NCBI GenBank assembly: GCA_944363505.1
Contig: CALVUD010000002.1
Coordinates: forward strand, 210,516 to 274,515
DNA: 64,000 nt
DNA from: an uncultured Clostridia bacterium
Lineage (GTDB): Bacteria > Bacillota > Clostridia > Christensenellales > DTU072
Direction: 5' to 3'
Part shown: piece after piece, positions 9,616 to 17,826 of the stretch
Position numbering within the stretch: the first letter of the stretch is position 1
Layout of the letters: every line of letters starts with the position of its first letter
Notes under the pieces: generated by a model
The model's database searches: none
What the model was told of the DNA's origin: nothing
What the model saw: only the letters and a program-made list of their open reading frames with translations
Program-made: the position numbers and the translations under genes

Positions 9616-11337
9616 TTATACTTTTATAGTCATCGAATCCTTCATTTCTTCTATTCTGTCCGCGCATTCCGAATACGGGCAGGTAATTATTTCTCCTGTG
9701 GAGCGGATCTTAATCTCCGCCTCGTCGCGCTCCAGCGCCCTCGGGCTTACCACGAGTCTCAGCGGTATTCCCATCAGGTCGCAATCGGCGAACTTGAATC
9801 CCGCGGACTGTGCCCTGTCGTCCATCAGCACTTCCACTCCGCGCTTTTCCAGCTCGGCATACAGTTCTTCGGCTTTCGCCCTGACGCGTTCGTCGTCGGG
9901 ACGTATCACGCATAAATATACGTGCCACGGCGCCACGGACATCGGCCAGTTCAGACCTTTTTCGTCGGCGGATTCCTCGGCTATGGAAGCTATCGCGCGC
10001 CCCACGCCTATGCCGTAGCAACCCATTATCGGATTAACGGCCTTGCCTTCGGCATTCAGTACCGTCATGCCCATGCTTTCGGTATACTTGGTTCCGAGCT
10101 GGAAGATGTTGCCTATTTCTATACCGTTTTCAACCGTCAGTTCCGCACCGCATACGGGGCACTTCTGACCGGGCTTGACTTTGGCGATATCGAAACTTTC
10201 ACTTATAACGAAGTCCCTTCCCTCGCAAACGTTTTTGATATGGTATTCGGGCTTGTTGGCTCCCGTAACCATATTTACGGCGCCCCGTAACGATTTATCG
10301 TAAACGACGATAATATTCTTTTCCGGCAGTCCGACTGGACCGATGTTGCCCGCGGTAAGCGTGCCGTCGGAAAGCGCCGCGGGCACGACCTCCGCCTGCA
10401 AAACCTTTTTGAGTTTCGCTTCGTTTACCTCGAGATCGCCGCGGATGAACGCCACGACCGTGTGAACGGAATCGCCTTTTATATTATAGCACACCGCCTT
10501 TATCGTCCTTTCCGCGGATACGTCGCCCAGGTACTTCGTGACCTCGGCGATCTCCTTGGCGGACCCGGTATACACTTCTTCGGCTTTTTTCGCTTCCTCG
10601 GCGGGATAGTTTTCGTTAGCGGCGGTAGCGACTTCCATATTGGCTTTCAGACCGCACTTGGGACAAATAACGATACTGTCCTCGCCTATCGGGGTCAGCA
10701 GCATGAATTCGTGAGAGATCCTGCCTCCCATCATGCCCGAATCGCTGGTGACCGCAATGAAATTCTTCATGCCTATGCGGCGGAAAATGCGGTCGTATGC
10801 GTCGTATGCCCTTTTATAATATGCTTCGAGGTCTTCTTGGGTCATATGAAAAGAATATGCGTCTTTCATTGTGAACTCTCTGACCCTGATAAGTCCTCCC
10901 CTCGGACGACCTTCGTCGCGGAACTTGGTCTGTATCTGATATATCATGAAAGGCAGCTGTTGATAGCTGTTCACCGCATCGCGCGCGAACTGTACCGCCG
11001 CCTCCTCATGGGTCATGCCCAGCACCATGTCGCGGGCGTTTCTGTCCTTGAAACGCACCATTTCGTCGCCTATCGACGTATATCTTCCGGACTCTTCCCA
11101 CAGTTCCCTGGGCATTACCACGGGGAAGGAACATTCCTGTCCGTCCAGCGCGTCCATTTCCTCGCGGATAATATTTTCGATCTTTCTTGCAATACGCTTT
11201 GCGGGCATTGCAAGCGACCAGATACCGTTGGCGACGAGCTTTATATAGCCCGCGCGGATCATCAGAGAATGGCTTTTTATTACGGCGTCCGAAGGAGCGG
11301 TCTTGGTGCGTTCCCCGACCAGTTTGGAAATTCGCAT
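9616..11337 (-). CDS. proS: Proline--tRNA ligase (bacterial type with editing insertion)
   Basis: 573 aa. N-terminus MRISKLVGERTKTAPSDAVIKSHSLMIRAGYIK and overall class II ProRS layout. Confidence 0.95.
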   Translation of the reverse strand: MRISKLVGERTKTAPSDAVIKSHSLMIRAGYIKLVANGIWSLAMPAKRIARKIENIIREEMDALDGQECSFPVVMPRELWEESGRYTSIGDEMVRFKDRNARDMVLGMTHEEAAVQFARDAVNSYQQLPFMIYQIQTKFRDEGRPRGGLIRVREFTMKDAYSFHMTQEDLEAYYKRAYDAYDRIFRRIGMKNFIAVTSDSGMMGGRISHEFMLLTPIGEDSIVICPKCGLKANMEVATAANENYPAEEAKKAEEVYTGSAKEIAEVTKYLGDVSAERTIKAVCYNIKGDSVHTVVAFIRGDLEVNEAKLKKVLQAEVVPAALSDGTLTAGNIGPVGLPEKNIIVVYDKSLRGAVNMVTGANKPEYHIKNVCEGRDFVISESFDIAKVKPGQKCPVCGAELTVENGIEIGNIFQLGTKYTESMGMTVLNAEGKAVNPIMGCYGIGVGRAIASIAEESADEKGLNWPMSVAPWHVYLCVIRPDDERVRAKAEELYAELEKRGVEVLMDDRAQSAGFKFADCDLMGIPLRLVVSPRALERDEAEIKIRSTGEIITCPYSECADRIEEMKDSMTIKV

Positions 11338-11338
11338 C

Positions 11339-11704
11339 TTACGCCTCCGCCACCGTAAACGTCAACGTGGTTTTAACGCCTGCAAAAGCGATGTTAAGAG
11401 TGTATTCCTTTGCCTGGGTAAACTTGCCTTTGTCGTCGAGACCGAGCGAATCGAGGTCGTATTCTATCGCCGCCGTGGTCGTAACCTTGCGTTCCTCTTT
11501 GTTGGACAATATCGCCGTAACGGTTATGTCCGAGGTGTCGAACGCGTCGCCGACGACGTATGCAGTGTCTTCCGCGAATTCGGCTTTTATCGCCGTAACG
11601 GTCGGCGTGTCGGAATCCGACTTCTTGCAGGCGACTACTGCCGCCGCGATTACGAAACACATAGCGATTACGAGTATCAAAGATACGATTTTACGGGTTT
11701 TCAT
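11339..11704 (-). CDS. Small lipoprotein with one bacterial Ig-like domain
   Basis: Signal peptide with lipobox (VVAC). The remainder has the beta-rich Y.VGD.FD...I.V.A pattern of Big-type domains. Its stop lies 1 nt before the proS ATG. Confidence 0.6.
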   Translation of the reverse strand: MKTRKIVSLILVIAMCFVIAAAVVACKKSDSDTPTVTAIKAEFAEDTAYVVGDAFDTSDITVTAILSNKEERKVTTTAAIEYDLDSLGLDDKGKFTQAKEYTLNIAFAGVKTTLTFTVAEA

Positions 11705-11761
11705 TTTACACTGTTTCCTTTTTCCCGCCGGTCAGCGGATATCGTTATTTCATACAAAGAC

Positions 11762-11791
11762 ATTATATAATAAATATGCGCGTTTAGTCAA
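11762..11791 (-). promoter_or_regulatory. Promoter for the lipoprotein-proS unit
   Basis: Minus strand: TTGACT (11791-11786), 18-nt spacer, TATAAT (11767-11762). Confidence 0.45.
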
Positions 11792-11847
11792 GCGTTATAA
11801 TCTGCGGCAAGCGCTCCGCGCATATACGCAAAATAAGCATAAAAAAA

Positions 11848-12109
11848 GTGCGCCCACTCCGACCTGCCCTACCGGATCGGCTCATGCGCAGGCGGCTCCT
11901 TCAAAGTTTCCTCGTGGCACATCCCGGAATCGCTTAGTGCTGCTGCGGTCAAGCTCTGACACGGTTCACGACACGAAATTGCACAAGACCTTGCTATCAA
12001 CGCTCCTTACGCACGTCGGCTTCCCATAAAACAGGCCTCGGTGGGTGTTCTACCCTGCTGTAGCGGATTGCAGGTTACAGGGCACCGCTAGCTCCCCGTA
12101 TAGCACAAC
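11848..12109 (-). ncRNA. ffs: Signal recognition particle RNA, long Bacillus-type (with Alu domain)
   Basis: Minus strand reads ...GGGGAGCTAGCGGTGCCCTGTAACCTGCAATCCGCTACAGCAGGG... (Alu-domain box as in B. subtilis scRNA, from memory). It also reads ...GAACCGTGTCAG...GCAGCAGCACTAAG... (helix 8 region). The 5' GTGC pairs with the 3' GCAC and is followed by T7. A consensus promoter lies just upstream. About 262 nt; ends are +/-5 nt. Confidence 0.8.
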
Positions 12110-12113
12110 TGAA

Positions 12114-12142
12114 AGTATAGCCAAGGCAACGGAATTTGTCAA
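12114..12142 (-). promoter_or_regulatory. Promoter of SRP RNA
   Basis: Minus strand: TTGACA (12142-12137), 17-nt spacer, TATACT (12119-12114). Confidence 0.55.
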
Positions 12143-12201
12143 GAGTTTTTCGCATAGAGCGGCAACGCGCCGCAAAACCGACAAAAAAACGTATAAAACG
12201 A

Positions 12202-13293
12202 CTATCGCTCGCCCTTGCCGAAAAGCAATTCGTTCATCGCTTCTTTCAGGTCGTCGATACCGAGTTTCAAAGTCGCGCTCGTCCTGACGCTCCTGACCCC
12301 GGCGGGTAAAACCGCGTCGTCGGGCAAGCGGTCGCATTTGTTCAGCACAGCCAGAACCGGAATGCCCCCTGCCCCTATCTTCTCTAAAACGTCGTCGACG
12401 ACGGCATATTGCTCGGCACAGTTGACGTCCGACGAATCGACGACGTGCAGTAACAGATCGGAATACCTGGTTTCTTCGAGCGTCGAACGGAAAGCACGGA
12501 CGAAATCGTGAGGAAGATCGGATATAAATCCCACCGTGTCGACCAACAAAATTTCTCCTCCGCTAAGGCGCATACGCCTGACAACGGGATCCAGCGTCGC
12601 GAACAGTTTGTCCTCCACGCCCACTCCGGCGTTCGTCAATACGTTCATCAGAGAGGACTTTCCCGCGTTGGTGTACCCGACCAGCGACACGACTTTGACG
12701 GCGTTTTTCAAGCGCCTTTCCCGTCTGACGGCACGCTCCGCCTCCAGCTTTTTCAGTTTCTTTTCGAGTTCGCGAATTTCGTAGCGGATAGAGCGTTTGT
12801 CTATCTCCTGTTGCTGCTCGCCGCCTCCGCGCCTCGCGCCGCCGCCGCCCGCGCCGCCGCCGCCCTGTCTGGAAAGTGCTACGCCCTGTCCCAGGACTCT
12901 CGGCAGCTGTTTTTTCTTTTTCATCAGCTCGACCTGTAGTTTTCCTTCGTTGGTCGTGGCGTGGCGAGCGAAAATCTCTATTATCAGCGTGGAGCGGTCC
13001 ATCACCGTAACGCCCAAAGCGTTTTCGAGGTTGTTCAGCTGTGTGCCGCCTACCTCGTTTTCAAATATCACGACAGAAGAATCGGTAGCTTCGACTACCG
13101 ATTTCAGTTCGTCAAGTTTACCCTTGCCGATAAAATAGGATTTGTCGGGACGGGCGCGGCGTTGCGTTAAATACGCCCTGACCTCGTAGCCCGCGGTACG
13201 GGCGAGCTGTTCAAGCTCCTCAGCCGCCATGTCGGCTTCCCGCGCCGCGGAAACGTTGACGAGTACCGCGCCTTCCCTGTCGGATCCGTTCAT
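12202..13293 (-). CDS. hflX: GTPase HflX
   Basis: HflX N-domain (LIIEIFARHATTNEGKLQVELM) and G-domain boxes GYTNAGKSS, DTVGF, NKCD. TAATG overlap with the upstream ORF. Confidence 0.9.
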   Translation of the reverse strand: MNGSDREGAVLVNVSAAREADMAAEELEQLARTAGYEVRAYLTQRRARPDKSYFIGKGKLDELKSVVEATDSSVVIFENEVGGTQLNNLENALGVTVMDRSTLIIEIFARHATTNEGKLQVELMKKKKQLPRVLGQGVALSRQGGGGAGGGGARRGGGEQQQEIDKRSIRYEIRELEKKLKKLEAERAVRRERRLKNAVKVVSLVGYTNAGKSSLMNVLTNAGVGVEDKLFATLDPVVRRMRLSGGEILLVDTVGFISDLPHDFVRAFRSTLEETRYSDLLLHVVDSSDVNCAEQYAVVDDVLEKIGAGGIPVLAVLNKCDRLPDDAVLPAGVRSVRTSATLKLGIDDLKEAMNELLFGKGER

Positions 13294-16043
13294 TATTTAC
13301 CCTGTATCACGTAATACATTCTGGTCATCTCGTCCTTACCCATAAACTTCGGAACGGGGTAAAGCGGATTGGCTTCTTTTAACGAATGTTCGACCATGGC
13401 GGGGATATCCTCCTCACGTATAAGGTCGGAACCGTCTTTTGCTTTGATGGTCTTGGGTACGTTCATATAGTCGTTCATCTCGCGTATGGCGGCGATGAAG
13501 TTAAGCGCCTTTTCTTCGACGTCCTTGCCCTGTACCCCGGCGATGTCCGCAAGGCGAGACAGCGGCTCGTAGATCGATTCTCCGTAGTAATCGAGAACGT
13601 AAGGAAGTATCACGGCGTTAGCCAGTCCGTGAGGCACGCCGTATTTTCCGCCCAGCGAATGAGCTATCGCGTGAACGTAGCCGACGTAAGCCCTGGTAAA
13701 TGATACGCCCGCGCAGTATGCGGCTTCCTGCATGTTTTCTCTGGCTTCCATATCCTTGCCGTCGTCATATGCGCGCTTCAGATATTTGAAAATGAGATCG
13801 GTGGCTTTTTCCGCCATCTCGACGGTCAGAGCGGTGTTGCTTTGTCCGATATAAGCTTCGACGGCGTGGGTCAGCGCGTCCATACCCGTGGTGGAAGTGA
13901 TGTGCTTCGGAAGTCCCACCGTCAGCGCGGGGTCAAGGACGGCATAATGAGGTATCAGCGACGGATCGTTGATGGTGTATTTGTCATGAGTCGCGGCGTC
14001 CATTATGACCGCGGCGAGGGTGGCTTCGCTGCCCGTTCCCGAAGTCGTCGGAACAGCAAAGAACGGAGGCATGGAGTGCATGACCTTCAGGATACCTTTC
14101 ATCTTCTTTACGGGTTTGGAGGGACGAGCGACTCTCGCGCCAACGCCTTTTGCGCAGTCCATGGGAGAACCGCCGCCGAAAGCGACTATGGCTTTGCATC
14201 CGCCCTCGACGTATGCTTTATATGCGTTTTCGACGTTATCGACGGTGGGGTTAGGAACGACGTCCTTGAACAAGGTGTATTTTACGCCCGCTTTGTCCAT
14301 TTCCTCGAACATTCCGTTCAACATGCCGAGCGAGTACAAACCGTTATCGGTTACGACCAACACGGAATCGATTCCTTTCTCTTTAATGATCGAGGGAAGT
14401 TTGAGTATGCTGCCTTCGCCTTTGATAAGTTCGGGTTTTCTGAGCCTCAGCATTGGCATGACCACTCTGAACACCGCCTGATATATGCGGTAGTACGCTT
14501 TTTGGAACACGTTTATCATTACTGCCTCCGTAGTATGTATTTTATCGACATATTCGGGATAGATTTCCTTGATGTAATTCAAAATATCCCTTCTTTGCGC
14601 CCTGAGCGCGCCCCTCTTTTCCATTTTCATGCTGACTGCGGCGGTTGCCCAGATAAGCGACTCCTCGACGGAACGGCGTTGTCTTTCCGCTATGTACGCC
14701 GCAAAAGTCGTGTCTCCGCGCCCCGATCTTCCCGAGAGGTTCCTCGCCCTTATCGGACAGGCGTAAATCTTTTTGCCGTTGTAAACGATGACCTCGGTGT
14801 TATGAGTTATCATTACCTCCTTTGCGCCCCATTTATGCAGCAGTTTCGCCGCTTCGTATCTGTCCGTAAGTCCCGTCAGAATTTCCGCCTCGGCGGCGTC
14901 CGTCTTCAGATAATGGATCTTGGGAAGAAGTTTCATCTTGTCCGCCCAGTCCTCGAAATACATCTCGCCCGTTTCGGGGTTTCTGTGTCTTAAAAATCCC
15001 TGAACGTCGACTGCGACCTTGTCTTTCGCCGCAAGGAAATCGATAAGTCCGTCCTCGTAATCGCCGTATATAAGCCCCGCGAAATGGTAGACCTTGACCG
15101 CTTCGGAAGGAATGTCCGCTTTTACGAATGCGTCGCCCTGCGAAATTCCCTTGCAAAGACGTTTTTCCTTATCGGCAGTAAGGTATCTGTTCTCTATGGA
15201 AGTGGCTTCCTCGGCGGGCAAAACCTTTATGTTGGCGCGGGGAACCGCGAAAGAATCGAGCCTGTATTCCTCGCCCGCTTTTATCTTGGTCAGCGCGAGC
15301 ACGCTGTGTCCGAGAGAATACGCCGCCGCCGAAGAGTACAGGACCGCTCCGCCGACCTCGACGACCTCGCTGCCGTCGGCGTCGATATTGCGGTCGAGCG
15401 AGCTGTGTCCTATGGTCATGACGTCGCGCTTGTAAGTCTTTCTCATGATCACGAACTTATCCATCAGGAACATTATCACCCAGCTTAAGAGCGAGCCGAG
15501 CAGTTTGCTGATCGTGTTTCCGAGATCCGCGCCCGCGACGGGTCCGAGCACCGTTCCGAGAGCGCCGCCGAGCCAGGTGGAAAGTATGATTATCGCGATG
15601 ACCGTTATAACGTACATCACCGCGCTGAGCGCCACGTTGTTATTGGCGTTGAAAGTCTTTTTCCTGTTGACGGCAAACGAAATTATCTCGGCAATACATT
15701 TAGAGCCGAGGAACGCCACGAATCCCGCCAGTCCGTATGCCGCCTCCTTACCCGGAGCGTAATGGAACAAAAACCATTTGAATTCCACGTCGCCCCATAC
15801 GTCCAACAGCCCGTACTGCAAAGCGTACATCGACGCGAATTCCGCCAAAAAGGCTATCAGGCTGATCAGCGTAAACTTGACGATCTGCCAGATATTCGCG
15901 TGCGCGGACATGAACTTCTGAAACTTCATTACAAAGGTTTGGTTCTGTTCGGATACCTGTTTTTCGGTTTCAGGTTCCCCGGAGCGAGGATTTCCGTTTT
16001 CGGAAACTTCGTTTTCGATTTTGGGGTTTACATCTTTTGCCAT
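13293..16043 (-). CDS. Triple-domain fusion: GtrA-like membrane domain / PfkB-family sugar kinase / iron-containing alcohol dehydrogenase
   Basis: Uninterrupted 916-codon frame with a GGAGGG RBS before ATG 16043. About aa 40-200: four TM helices with NRKKTF (GtrA-like). About aa 209-495: PfkB kinase (GRSGRGDTTFAAY). About aa 509-916: Fe-ADH boxes GGGSPMDCAKG, DALTHAVEAY, HAIAHSLGGKYGVPHG. Confidence 0.8.
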   Translation of the reverse strand: MAKDVNPKIENEVSENGNPRSGEPETEKQVSEQNQTFVMKFQKFMSAHANIWQIVKFTLISLIAFLAEFASMYALQYGLLDVWGDVEFKWFLFHYAPGKEAAYGLAGFVAFLGSKCIAEIISFAVNRKKTFNANNNVALSAVMYVITVIAIIILSTWLGGALGTVLGPVAGADLGNTISKLLGSLLSWVIMFLMDKFVIMRKTYKRDVMTIGHSSLDRNIDADGSEVVEVGGAVLYSSAAAYSLGHSVLALTKIKAGEEYRLDSFAVPRANIKVLPAEEATSIENRYLTADKEKRLCKGISQGDAFVKADIPSEAVKVYHFAGLIYGDYEDGLIDFLAAKDKVAVDVQGFLRHRNPETGEMYFEDWADKMKLLPKIHYLKTDAAEAEILTGLTDRYEAAKLLHKWGAKEVMITHNTEVIVYNGKKIYACPIRARNLSGRSGRGDTTFAAYIAERQRRSVEESLIWATAAVSMKMEKRGALRAQRRDILNYIKEIYPEYVDKIHTTEAVMINVFQKAYYRIYQAVFRVVMPMLRLRKPELIKGEGSILKLPSIIKEKGIDSVLVVTDNGLYSLGMLNGMFEEMDKAGVKYTLFKDVVPNPTVDNVENAYKAYVEGGCKAIVAFGGGSPMDCAKGVGARVARPSKPVKKMKGILKVMHSMPPFFAVPTTSGTGSEATLAAVIMDAATHDKYTINDPSLIPHYAVLDPALTVGLPKHITSTTGMDALTHAVEAYIGQSNTALTVEMAEKATDLIFKYLKRAYDDGKDMEARENMQEAAYCAGVSFTRAYVGYVHAIAHSLGGKYGVPHGLANAVILPYVLDYYGESIYEPLSRLADIAGVQGKDVEEKALNFIAAIREMNDYMNVPKTIKAKDGSDLIREEDIPAMVEHSLKEANPLYPVPKFMGKDEMTRMYYVIQGK

Positions 16044-16058
16044 TGTGCCCTCCGTGGT

Positions 16059-17075
16059 TTATCTGGATATTCTGCCGCTCGCGTCGCCCGCCGAAAGACG
16101 TTTGACTTCGTCGACCGTAACCATGTTGAAGTCGCCCTCTATAGTCTGTTTAAGGCAAGAAGCCGCCGTCGCGAACTCCACCGCGGACCGAGGATCGAAA
16201 TTGGATAATCCGTATATCAGACCCGCGCCGAAGGAATCGCCTCCGCCCACGCGGTCCACAATATGTATAAGGTATTCTTTTGCGGAATATACGTTGCCGT
16301 CCCCGGAAACGAGCACCGCGGACCAGCGGTTGTCGCTTGCCGATATCGAACCGCGCAAAGTTATCGCGGCGTACTCGAGATCGAAGCGTTTGATCAACTC
16401 GCGCGCTACTCCGACATATCCCGCCGCCTCGACCTTGCCGCCCGTAACGTCTGCCGGGGCGGTTATGCCGAACACGTCGGACGCATCCTCCTCGTTGGCG
16501 ATAACGACGTCCACGTATTCCATAAGCGGTTCCATTACCGAACGCGCTTTTTCCCTGCTCCAGAGTTTTTTGCGGTAATTCAAGTCGCACGAGACTTTTA
16601 AACCCGCCGCGCGCGCGGCTTTAACGGCTTTCAACGTTATTTCGGCGACGTTGTCGCCGAGGGCGGGAGTGATACCCGTAAAATGGAACCAGTCGGCGCC
16701 CTTGAATATCTTTTTCCAGTTAAAATCGTTTTTGCCCGCTTTTGCGATAGCGCTGCCCGCGCGGTCGTAAATGACTTTTGACGGACGGGCGGAAGCGCCC
16801 GCTTCCAAAAAATATATGCCCGTTCTTTCGCCGCCGCGCACGATCCCCGAAACGTCGACGCCCGCAGCGCGGAGCGCTCTGACGGCGCCTTCGCCGATGT
16901 CGTTTTCGGGAAGTTTCGTTATAAATGCGGCGTCGACGCCGAAATTCGCGAGCGAAACCGCGACGTTCGCTTCGCCGCCGCCGTAGGTGGCTTCATATTT
17001 ATCCGCCTGTAAAAACCTGAGGTATCCCTCGGGCTTAAGCCTTAGCATTATCTCACCGAACGTAACAACTCTCAT
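16059..17075 (-). CDS. kdgK: 2-dehydro-3-deoxygluconokinase (PfkB family)
   Basis: N-terminus VVTFGEIMLRL.PEGY and C-terminal PfkB box VGGGDSFGAGLIYG. Adjacent to eda. Confidence 0.85.
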   Translation of the reverse strand: MRVVTFGEIMLRLKPEGYLRFLQADKYEATYGGGEANVAVSLANFGVDAAFITKLPENDIGEGAVRALRAAGVDVSGIVRGGERTGIYFLEAGASARPSKVIYDRAGSAIAKAGKNDFNWKKIFKGADWFHFTGITPALGDNVAEITLKAVKAARAAGLKVSCDLNYRKKLWSREKARSVMEPLMEYVDVVIANEEDASDVFGITAPADVTGGKVEAAGYVGVARELIKRFDLEYAAITLRGSISASDNRWSAVLVSGDGNVYSAKEYLIHIVDRVGGGDSFGAGLIYGLSNFDPRSAVEFATAASCLKQTIEGDFNMVTVDEVKRLSAGDASGRISR

Positions 17076-17076
17076 G

Positions 17077-17703
17077 TCAGATCTCCTTTGCTATATCCGC
17101 GCCGATACGCGAAATACGCGTTATTTCCGAAAAATTCTTCGCTTGGATCAGGCTGTCCTTTACCATCCAGCTGCCGCCCGCCGCAATCACGTTTTTCAGC
17201 GAAAGATACTCTTTCAGATTCTCGTTGTCCACGCCGCCGGTCGGCAAGAAAACGACGTCCTTAAACGGTGCGCCCAAAGATTTTATCGCCTTGACTCCGC
17301 CGTAAACCGACGCGGGAAAGAACTTGACGATTTTGTTGCCGCCGTCGACGACTTTCATGATCTCGGTGGGCGTTACGGCGCCCGGAATATACAAAACGCC
17401 CGCCTCACGGCAGAACGCGTTTACACCCTCGGAATACCCCGGAGATACGATGAACTTTGCGCCGCATTTCACCGCCGTTTCAGCCTGTGCGGCGTTTATA
17501 ACAGTGCCCGCGCCGATTAGCGCTTCCGGACAGTTTTCGCTAGCAAGCGTTATCGCCTCGCTCGCAGCCCCGGTCCTGAAAGTGATTTCGGCGATCGGAA
17601 TACCTCCCGCAGTTAGCGCGTTGACGACGTCAACGGCGTCCGCAGCCGAATCCAGCTTGACTACGGGTACGATTTTAACCTTTTTTACGATATTGTAAGA
17701 CAT
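17077..17703 (-). CDS. eda: KDPG / 4-hydroxy-2-oxoglutarate aldolase
   Basis: Eda-type motifs (KIVPVV, EITFRT, GAKFIVSPG). Start moved to MSYNIVKK (ATG 17703). Confidence 0.85.
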   Translation of the reverse strand: MSYNIVKKVKIVPVVKLDSAADAVDVVNALTAGGIPIAEITFRTGAASEAITLASENCPEALIGAGTVINAAQAETAVKCGAKFIVSPGYSEGVNAFCREAGVLYIPGAVTPTEIMKVVDGGNKIVKFFPASVYGGVKAIKSLGAPFKDVVFLPTGGVDNENLKEYLSLKNVIAAGGSWMVKDSLIQAKNFSEITRISRIGADIAKEI

Positions 17704-17791
17704 AATCCCGTTCCTAAGTAAAACTATAGCTATTATATACCCGCCGCGCGCGCGTGTCAACGCGATAATCAAATTAAAAAGCGCTTTACGC

Positions 17792-17820
17792 TTGAAAAGC
17801 CTGCCGCTTTAAGATATAAT
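17792..17820 (+). promoter_or_regulatory. Promoter directing a probably leaderless lipoate-ligase mRNA
   Basis: TTGAAA (17792-17797), 17-nt spacer, TATAAT (17815-17820). The ATG begins 7 nt after the -10 box and there is no Shine-Dalgarno. Confidence 0.5.
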
Positions 17821-17826
17821 CTGAAC

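Noticed and set aside
12808-12868. GC-rich GCC/GCG run encoding GGGGAGGGGARRGGGEQQQ in HflX; considered as a slippery repeat or insertion.
   Set aside because: It corresponds to the conserved glycine-rich linker of HflX (GGG.G.RGPGE region), only slightly expanded. It is in frame and needs no special explanation.
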